A stretch of 64,000 nt of DNA, from positions 4,228,040 to 4,292,039 of the forward strand of contig SMSO01000035.1 in NCBI GenBank assembly GCA_004764695.1. The letters are read 5' to 3'. Below, in pieces: positions 55,975 through 64,000 of this stretch (its first letter is position 1; each line of letters opens with the position of its first letter). This DNA comes from Schizochytrium sp. TIO01. Lineage: Eukaryota; Protista; Bigyra: Labyrinthulomycetes. The translations under genes and the position numbers were made by a program. The notes beneath the pieces are model-generated. The model saw only the letters and a list, made by a program, of their open reading frames with translations, was not told the origin of the DNA and searched no databases.

Positions 55975-58902
55975 ATGCAGGTGGCGGACACGTCGGACGC
56001 TCCAAGCGGGCCCGGGACCAGCTCGGGCGGCTTGGACTTTGCCGGCGAGGCTGCCAGCGGAGTCCCCTTAGGGGAGGAAAGTGGAGCTGATGCCAGGGAC
56101 GAGAAAGATGAGGGTAACACGGATCTTGGGACTGGAGAACATGGAGAAGAAGACACCGGAGAAACAAGGAAAGCGGCTGAAGCCATGACATCTAGCCGCA
56201 CTGTGGCGGCAAAGGAAGGGGGAGATGACGAGGGAAACGTTGAGGACACGATTGAGAGCCCTGATAAGAATGGTGGTGGTGGAAGGAGTAATATTCTGGA
56301 TGGGGACAAGGGTCGTGATCCTACGCTAGGTGACGAAGATGGAAACGAAGATGTAGAAGCATCCGATGAAGAAGACGATGATGAGGAGAACCTCGGCGCA
56401 GCGTTGTTTGCCGATAAACTTATTGAAGAGCTGAAAAGAGAAAACCCACCCCTAGTACCGCGTGCACCGAATTTGCGAGCAGTTTTAGGACTCGCGGATG
56501 ACGTGCTACTTGTGAGGACCGCAGACCTTGTTCGAAAAGCCATGGACGAGCTCGCGCTTGCTCTACACTGGCATCTACTATACACACTCGTGCACTCAGC
56601 GTGGCATGCGCATCGGCACTCCAATCTGCATCTTGGGGTAATTCGATTTCGCGGAAAGTCGCTAGTACAACCAGTCCGAGGGCGACAACCTCGTGGGAAA
56701 CGCCCTCCCCCCCCTGAGGTTGAGCTTCGTGTGCAGGAAGATGCAAATGGGAATGTATACATCGAAGGTCTTGAGGAGTTCCAACAAATACAGTCTTTGG
56801 ATCTTCGAGTTCTATTGAGTCACGTTGTCCGTGTAAATACAACCTCGCGTGGCATGTGGACCTTTAAACACCGTCATACAACAGAAACCTACTACCCACA
56901 AAATATAGTACGCCTGGCACAGTTGTTGGGCACTTGTGCAAACTTTTTTTCGCATCGAAATGCAGTTGTTCCCCGCACTGTATCCGATAATCCTACTGAC
57001 CAGGCGCATGATTTTGAGGATATTCGCTCTCGAGAGGTCAAAGTAAGTACTACTTTTTTCGCTGCTTTGGACGACCTGGTTGTAGCTATGCATGAAACTA
57101 CTCGTCAGCTACAATTTTACCATGAGCCTCGAATCCCTCTAGATGATCTCTACTTGGATGGTCAGAAGTGGGTCCACGGTTTTTGCAGGTCACTTTTAGA
57201 TGCTTGTAGCTCGCACCTCCGATCTGTAACAAGCATTCGCTCCCTTTTTGGAAAAATTTGTGATAGTGGCGAAATACGAGACACCCCTCTTAGTGCAGAT
57301 AAACTACAAATCCTTCTTTCGTCGTTGGAGCAAATTCAAGAACAGGTTGCTGATTCTGAATCAGAGGAATTGTCCTCTATGCGTGAACGCGCAGGCTCAC
57401 GAAATTCTATGAGTAGTGTGCAGACCTTTAGCCCACCCTCTTCTCCTCGAAAGCAAGGAAAGGGCAAGAAGTTTTCAGCAAGTCAAGGTCAACCAGCGCC
57501 GCCGCCGCTCCCTATTAGTGTAATGGTCGCTCCAGATGAAGTCATTCGTCCTGACCCTCGTGAGGTTCGCTTTGCTTTGTACACGTTATGGACCCGGTTT
57601 GGTGCTCCGGAAGGTCCAGGTGATGGCATCATGAGTGAGACAAGTGGGACTTCAACCAGAACCAGGCCACGCGTTTCTAGCATCGATAGTGCCGGAGCTG
57701 GGTCGTCGTGGCAGCAGCTGAGTACGCCTCCAGAACCAAATGAGTCTCTAGAATTTGGCACAATCCGGGTCACACGTTTGCATATTGAACAAAGCGCACG
57801 GCCACGTCTAGGAGTACAAACTTCATTCACTGTTGATCCCTTGGGCGTGACTCATGTAGATTTGATTCACCGTATGCTTGATGTCACCTTGCTTGCGTTG
57901 CGGCAAATCTTGATTCACGCATCAACATTGTACATGCAAGCACGGGCAAAAGGCGAGCGGCAAGATCCACTTTTGTCGCATGTCATTGAAAGTGCGCTTT
58001 TGCTTAAATCCAACGGTAAGACGCTTCGTGTTGATTGGCCTACCTTAAAGCTTGCACAGCTTGAAGATTCCCAGGTTGCAATATTTGAGGAAGCCTCACA
58101 CGATCCTGTATTTGGACGCCTCGAACTTTTTAGCACATTTTCGCGCCGTAAAGATGTCGGCTCAGCTGTTCAAAAGAAGCACTGGAGTCCAATTGATGTG
58201 GTAAGACACTTTTTCCGTTACGAACCAAGATTTGCCGACCCACGCTTTGTTGCAGAGTTTTTGCGCAGGCTACTGCATCCTCGCACAGGCGCTTATTTGT
58301 TTCCCGAGGCCAATGCAGTTGTGGATATCCGGGATCGCGCTATGCACCATTTTCATTTGATCCATTCTGATCACTATTCTATAAGTGAGCTCTATCATGA
58401 TCTCTCTATGATGCGCAACCTTGTTGTGAGTGTAAGTAACATGTTGCATGTTGACCCACTCCAAGGGCGCATGAAAACCCTCTGGGTGGCTATGGAGGAA
58501 TTGGAAGACTTGATTGGCCACTACAAGCGCTGGCGATCACGGCAACATGTTGCATTTCACTATATTGCACAGTCTGAACGCCTAGATGTTGCAGTCAGTA
58601 CTGTGCGAAGTCTTCTAGATTCGTATGATGAAAGCTCTGAAGCAATTGAACGCAAACTTCGATCTGATCTTGAATTTGAAGATGGCTCATCTGAGGCACT
58701 CGCATATCTGCTGGAACTGTTTGGTTCGGTGGTTGACGAAGACGGCGAAAAAGAAGAAAATCCTTATGACGCCTTAGTGGCTAATTATGATGGCGATGAC
58801 GAGGATAATAGTGCGAATGAAGATATGGGTTCATCCTCTGACGAGGAGGAGGAGGAGAATGAGGAAAATGAGGAAGAAGCAAATTCAGCTGCGTCTGAGT
58901 AG
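55975..58902 (+). CDS. 975-aa uncharacterised protein with acidic termini and two possible HEPN-like units
   Basis: Long uninterrupted ORF with protein-like composition; the domain call is inference (see findings). Confidence 0.82.
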   Translation: MQVADTSDAPSGPGTSSGGLDFAGEAASGVPLGEESGADARDEKDEGNTDLGTGEHGEEDTGETRKAAEAMTSSRTVAAKEGGDDEGNVEDTIESPDKNGGGGRSNILDGDKGRDPTLGDEDGNEDVEASDEEDDDEENLGAALFADKLIEELKRENPPLVPRAPNLRAVLGLADDVLLVRTADLVRKAMDELALALHWHLLYTLVHSAWHAHRHSNLHLGVIRFRGKSLVQPVRGRQPRGKRPPPPEVELRVQEDANGNVYIEGLEEFQQIQSLDLRVLLSHVVRVNTTSRGMWTFKHRHTTETYYPQNIVRLAQLLGTCANFFSHRNAVVPRTVSDNPTDQAHDFEDIRSREVKVSTTFFAALDDLVVAMHETTRQLQFYHEPRIPLDDLYLDGQKWVHGFCRSLLDACSSHLRSVTSIRSLFGKICDSGEIRDTPLSADKLQILLSSLEQIQEQVADSESEELSSMRERAGSRNSMSSVQTFSPPSSPRKQGKGKKFSASQGQPAPPPLPISVMVAPDEVIRPDPREVRFALYTLWTRFGAPEGPGDGIMSETSGTSTRTRPRVSSIDSAGAGSSWQQLSTPPEPNESLEFGTIRVTRLHIEQSARPRLGVQTSFTVDPLGVTHVDLIHRMLDVTLLALRQILIHASTLYMQARAKGERQDPLLSHVIESALLLKSNGKTLRVDWPTLKLAQLEDSQVAIFEEASHDPVFGRLELFSTFSRRKDVGSAVQKKHWSPIDVVRHFFRYEPRFADPRFVAEFLRRLLHPRTGAYLFPEANAVVDIRDRAMHHFHLIHSDHYSISELYHDLSMMRNLVVSVSNMLHVDPLQGRMKTLWVAMEELEDLIGHYKRWRSRQHVAFHYIAQSERLDVAVSTVRSLLDSYDESSEAIERKLRSDLEFEDGSSEALAYLLELFGSVVDEDGEKEENPYDALVANYDGDDEDNSANEDMGSSSDEEEEENEENEEEANSAASE

Positions 58903-59505
58903 GAGTGACAGCTCAGTTTCATGAGCTTAAAGGAGGAATGCCACGACAAGACGAAACGCAGAAAGGCAGCATCGCACTGCAGGTTAGAATGTGTCAGTAC
59001 TAGTCGTTTGTAGATAACCAACCAAAGCTATATATCATTAAAAATTTTGTGTTATCGCAGACAATCTTATAAAATGAATGCAACTTGTTTGTTTCGTCCA
59101 GTTCGCGTCTAAAATGTTGCAAGATAATACACTAACAGATCAATGGACAAAAAGCCAATATTATTTTGGAATTTACTTCCACAGAAGAAGCAATGCTTGC
59201 GTAGATAAGTTTATAGTTGTTTCATTTAGCCTGCACAAAATTGCCCTAGAACTAAATTAATGAAAAATCAGAACTCAAAGTTGGCCATGTAAATAAGATA
59301 TCTCTTTAAACGTATGGGAGACGCAAACACCAATGTACAAAATCACCCTCACATACGATTTTGCGTACCAGCAGCGATTTAATTCCGACTTTAGCAGACT
59401 ACTTAATTATGTAAAAGACTCCAGGACTAGGACCCTTGTCCCAAATTTCCGACCCCATTGTTTCCTCCCTCCTCTTGGTGTAATTTGAGATGTATTGCAC
59501 TGTTT

Positions 59506-60706
59506 TCATTTGCTTGTAGCTTGTAATAAGAGTTTGATTTTATCACGCTCAAGCTCTAAATCAGCGATTGAAGTATCGATCATGCAGACTTTATCAGTTG
59601 CACCTTTTTCATCTTGAAGCGCAGAGTTTGCTTTGCTTTCCTGCTCTAATAAATGTTGCTGAACAAGATCAAGTTGCGCTTGAGCTGCTGCTAACGCTTC
59701 TAGAGCGACCTTTTTTTCCTCTAATAGGGAATTTTGGGCAGCCTGATATGCTTGCACTTTAACTTTGGCAGATTGTTGAGCAGTTAAGGCATTTGTGCGC
59801 TGATTGGTCAATATACGAATTCTTGTATCCAGTGCTGCAAGGGTATCACGATACTCTGTCCCAGGGCCACGGGGCTGTATGCGATCTAGATTTGAGTTAT
59901 TGTGCTGATACGAGGCGGGGTTTCCATTCTGCCTTTGTTGAAGATGCTGCACACGACTCTGCAGGAATGTTTCAATAATACTTTGTAGACTCTTATTGAT
60001 TGCCCATGATTGTATAGGCTGATTGCATACAGGACAGGGCTGCAAAGATTCATTCTGTCCATGGAGGCAATACTGTTGTAAGCATGATTTGCAGAACGAA
60101 TGGCCGCATTGAAAAACTAGAACAGGTGCGCGTTCCTGACCACGCATGAGCTCGTAGCATATAGGACAACTATGGCTAAGGAGCTGAGAAGACAAGTAGT
60201 TTTGGATGTGGTCAGCTGCATTGTTTGCACCTACTGCAACTCCAAGCTGGTGATTAGCAACAGTGCCGGCAAGATTCGGGATCCCCCCATGTGCTGAAGA
60301 ACTGACGTTTGATGTAAGGAGTGTGTCTTCGCTTGAGGAGTAGCTACTTGCCAAGGTCGCGGTGTTTGTATGTGGGTCTACTGGTGCCAGCGATGAAGAA
60401 GGCCCTTCGACCCGTGGACTGGCATCTGGAACAATTTGATTTCTTTTTTTGCTATATGCTTTTCGTTGTGCATCTGCTCGCTTAGCTTGTTCTGCTCGAT
60501 CACGAAGCCACTGTAGTGAAGCAAGACATTAAAACTAGATTATTAGTGAGCTCAGATGTTATATGGCACGCCCTTGGGCAAGAAGTAAGATCTGCAACGA
60601 AGTACAAATCCTGCAGTGGTATTGCAAATGTTGCTTTCGAGCTGATCGAACAATAACAATACCCTGAACTTACGCGCTCCCGCCGCCGTTCCACCTCACG
60701 AAGCAT
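59506..60706 (-). CDS. RING-HC zinc-finger plus coiled-coil protein (probable E3 ligase); exons 60706-60674 and 60510-59506, about 345 aa
   Basis: CPICYELM...CGHSFCKSCL...CPVC; CGC|GTAAGT donor at 60673 and CTACAG acceptor at 60511 give an in-frame junction. The first exon is less certain than the RING. Confidence 0.82.
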
Positions 60707-62674
60707 CACAACTATGCTTGTTTATATCGTCAGGTCAAGAAAGCAACTAAACTAGTGTGAATGAGATAAAGTTCGCATATTAAGATTCGACAACAATCAT
60801 GGTTTGTCTTCGGTAAAATATTTTCTTTAAAAAAAAAGGCAAAAGTCACTTTAATAATAAAAACAGAAAAAAAGTCAACTACCTCGTGTAAAAGAGCCGT
60901 TGGCGGTGTGTACCAGCACGACTAAACCAAGAGCTGAGGAAATCGAAGTATTACAAATGAAAGCGAATGTTAGGTTGTGTTTTCTTCTGAGAGCGATGAA
61001 AAAGGATTCTAATTTAGTTCTATATAAATTGAAGCTAATGTATCGATTCAACGAAGCTGCTCATATGATCGATCACCCTTCATCACGATGGCCCTCAAGC
61101 TCGTCAATGACAGATTCCTAGTATTAATGACGTATATTATGGAGTGTTAAAGTAGATCAAGATATATAATACATTCTATTGTCTCTGTTCTGGTTAAGTG
61201 CTCTCTCATGAGCAGTGCAGAAGTATTCACCTAAAATTGTGGTTGCGGTAGCATTTCCTGGTGATGAAACTAGTATCTACGAGCTGGGTGCATCCTCACT
61301 CTATATTTATAGAAAAGGATACCGACTTACCTCAGAAACTCACTTTCTCAAGTATTACTAGGATAAAAAAACTTCAACCACTACGATGTCCTGAGTTTAT
61401 CAGAGATGTTTCAAATTCTTTTTTTTTAAATATCTAGATGGCCTCGTCTTTCCCAGTACGATTCCGTTCATCTTATGAAGCATTTGAAGAGAGACAAATA
61501 TCAAAGCATAAAAAAATCAGGGCTAAACATAGACTAGAGAGCTGGCATACCAACTATCTATGCAAAGCGCTTAGGTGAGTCCGCGTTGTCAATATATGCA
61601 TACATGTATATATACAAATATTTGTCAGAATCAAGAGGTAAAGTGAAAAGGGTCAAATAATTAAATTAGGAAAAGAAAGATACCGGGATTTAAAGTGAAT
61701 TGCCTTGCTGATATACTCTGGCGTGAAATTTTCTGATTTGGATATTATTTTATGTAGCACGGACCGTTTGATGAACAGGATGATAAAGCGAATACAGGCC
61801 TTTCTGGGTAATCTTTGTCTTGACAACGCTTATCAACGCCGCACCGTTCACCAACCATAAGCAAAAGTACTACATAATGCTGCTTGGTAAAACTTCATAA
61901 AGATATACTAAACTAACTCAATGAGTATCATATACTCCAACTTCATAATTACTAGAAGAGTAAAATGGAAGTTACGTCACCCCTGGTCCCAAGTTCTGTG
62001 CAAAGGTCAAACAGTCCTTTGTAGTATAAAGGTCGCCACTACCATCTTCGTTGCTTTGAAGTTTCCTGAGCAAAGACTCCAGATAGAAATCCTATTGATA
62101 CCATCTTCTCACTTCATCTTTGTCAACTCTAGCATTCTGTTTAGGTTTTAGCTTCACGTAATACTAGGTCAGACAGACCTAAATAAATTGCTTCCGTTCT
62201 TGAAACTTTTCCAAGGCAACTCAATTAAAGTTCGATCACCTATGTAATACGTTCAGCTACTTGTGTAAACGAATATTGATAAAAATGCGAGCGTGATTTT
62301 GCGCATTCCCAACATCATCGTATATTAACAAGAACTTCTTGCCAACTGCGATCTCCTATTCACTCAGAAAATCTACTACGTTTGCGGGTAGTGATTATAT
62401 CATTGAATTTAACAAGAACGCACCAAAAGGCATCTTGTTTAGGCCTGTCTTGGGAAGTTTCAAAATCTGAGTGTATCAAATTTGAATACCCGCCAAATCA
62501 ATGAAGGAAAGGAGAAGAAAGGGGTTCAAAGGTTCACATACCTACGCCAAACCATCATCCACAGCTTTTCCTTTTTTATGATTACTCTGATAGTTCAATG
62601 CAAACGTAGGACTATCTTATTCCTTCCTTTTCTCTTCGCAACTTCGAACTATCATTCTTTCACTTGGTTTGAAT

Positions 62675-64000
62675 TTAGCTGCTGATTGATGAGGCCGGCT
62701 GCTGTGTAGGTACCACGTCCTTGTGTTCATAAGTAATAAGATAATCCGGCATTGATTGATGGGGATCAAACACACCAACGAAACTAGACGGCTCCTCATC
62801 CACAAAGGTTTTTGTACGACACATCACTGAATCATATAAAACATTAGCAGGTCCTCTTCTCATTGCAGGAGGGCGAACGCGTCCCTTAAAGCTCGAGACA
62901 CTGCACAGGTTCCCACAGGCAACGCGAGCTAGCAAAATTTGTGACTTCTTTTCAGTGAGGAGCCGGTGTGGGTAGTACATGGCACATACATTCGCACGAA
63001 GGCTAAAATGAATCGACCGCCCGATAAAGTTTGACTCTTTGCAAACCCGGGAATCAAAACCTGCTGTTCCTAAACAAATTCCATCTGGGGAGTTTTTACT
63101 CGTGCCGTGGAACAACCAGCGTTCATTCACATTGGAAAAGTTCGGTTTGTATGCAAGGCCATCGCAGAATGACTTGTATCGATAGTCCAGATAAGGGTTG
63201 TGCACCTTTTCAATTTTGGTGATGCAAAGTCGCTGCTTTTGGTTATCCTCTGTTATCTTGATATCTCCATCGTCGAAGCAATCTTTAACAGCGTTCCAGC
63301 GTTTGGAACCCTCAAAAATAGGCAGGTATCTTCCAGGACTGTTTTTCTCAAGATCTCTGCACATTTCCTCGTGAACACAATACTCCCAAAGGTCAGTCCA
63401 TGTAGCTTGATCTGAATTACTCTCCATATGCGCAAGCAAAATATCAATTGCTGGAGGTTCGTTGGGCTTTTGTAAATAACTAGTAGTCCATTGATCTAAG
63501 GCAGGCTCCTTTTTTTGGAAATGCGCACTGCTGTCCCTGTATACTACCTGGTCTTCAAGTGCAGGGTCGCCATACTCGTCACAATCCTGCAAAAGCTGTT
63601 CATCAGATAGAAGGCTGCTGATTTCTACATCTAACATGGAGGATTCTCCGTCCTTTTCGGACGTACAAGTGTTGGCAAACGGATTTTCATTGGAGGCAGG
63701 CCGGACTTTGATCTTGTTTCTGCAGTGTTCGGAGCTTCCCTCCACGGTCTGCACAATTAACACCGCATCAGGATAAAAGTCTACAAGTTGTTCGGCATAT
63801 TTTTTTGCGGTCGGCGTGAGCGATACAACTCCGCCTCCACTGCGAATCACCGCAGCCACAGCGTTTGTTTTGACGTTAAACTCCTGCTCCTTCGGGCCTT
63901 CAGGTTTTTTCGATTCACCGGGCTCCACTTTCACCTCCTTTACGTTCGTCGTAGTCGTTGTCGCCCCCTCAGAGTTCTCTGTTTTAATTTCTTCTCCGCG
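62675..64000 (-). CDS. PARP catalytic-domain protein (mono-ART-like); 5' part lies outside the window
   Basis: ITKIEKVHNP.L..RY, NERWLFHGT, GFDSR, ILLARVACG, YDSV, QSMPDYLITY; the frame is open to position 64000. Confidence 0.88.
   Translation of the reverse strand, partial: RGEEIKTENSEGATTTTTNVKEVKVEPGESKKPEGPKEQEFNVKTNAVAAVIRSGGGVVSLTPTAKKYAEQLVDFYPDAVLIVQTVEGSSEHCRNKIKVRPASNENPFANTCTSEKDGESSMLDVEISSLLSDEQLLQDCDEYGDPALEDQVVYRDSSAHFQKKEPALDQWTTSYLQKPNEPPAIDILLAHMESNSDQATWTDLWEYCVHEEMCRDLEKNSPGRYLPIFEGSKRWNAVKDCFDDGDIKITEDNQKQRLCITKIEKVHNPYLDYRYKSFCDGLAYKPNFSNVNERWLFHGTSKNSPDGICLGTAGFDSRVCKESNFIGRSIHFSLRANVCAMYYPHRLLTEKKSQILLARVACGNLCSVSSFKGRVRPPAMRRGPANVLYDSVMCRTKTFVDEEPSSFVGVFDPHQSMPDYLITYEHKDVVPTQQPASSISS

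Noticed and set aside
56725-56775. Kinesin-like loop LRVQEDANGNVYIEGLEE
   Set aside because: No P-loop, SSRSH or DLAGSE motifs in the protein.
61000-62600. Possible decayed coding sequence in AT-rich intergenic DNA (also 1200-3500)
   Set aside because: Short protein-like fragments only, with no motif I can assign.

Overview
Eukaryotic nuclear DNA with few introns and microsatellite-rich intergenic regions; the style suggests a thraustochytrid/labyrinthulomycete-like stramenopile (inference only). About 15 protein genes are supported: TRAPPC5 (2 exons), a TMEM104-type amino-acid transporter, an IPC/sphingomyelin-synthase-like protein lacking both catalytic His, a DNAJC9-like protein with a Tudor-like insert, two tandem CYP86-clan P450s, coronin (2 exons), carnitine O-acetyltransferase ending in PTS1, a PWI/RGG protein, an M20D amidohydrolase, a long coiled-coil/acidic protein, an LRRC9-like protein, an R2R3-MYB, a 975-aa orphan with two possible HEPN-like units, a RING protein and a PARP-domain protein cut by the window end. 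The most unusual structure is at 5.6-12.6 kb: ten same-strand copies of an intron-containing elongator tRNA-Met(CAT) gene (9 intact, 1 pseudogene). Eight of them carry an exactly 36-nt conserved hairpin fused to the tRNA 5' end, with a TATA-like box about 30 bp upstream of the hairpin rather than of the tRNA. This suggests a co-transcribed structured leader or small RNA. The array is interrupted by a decayed Sola3-like transposase. Five single-base +1 frameshifts in three otherwise intact genes are probably assembly errors. Family assignments come from motifs read by eye; no search was run.
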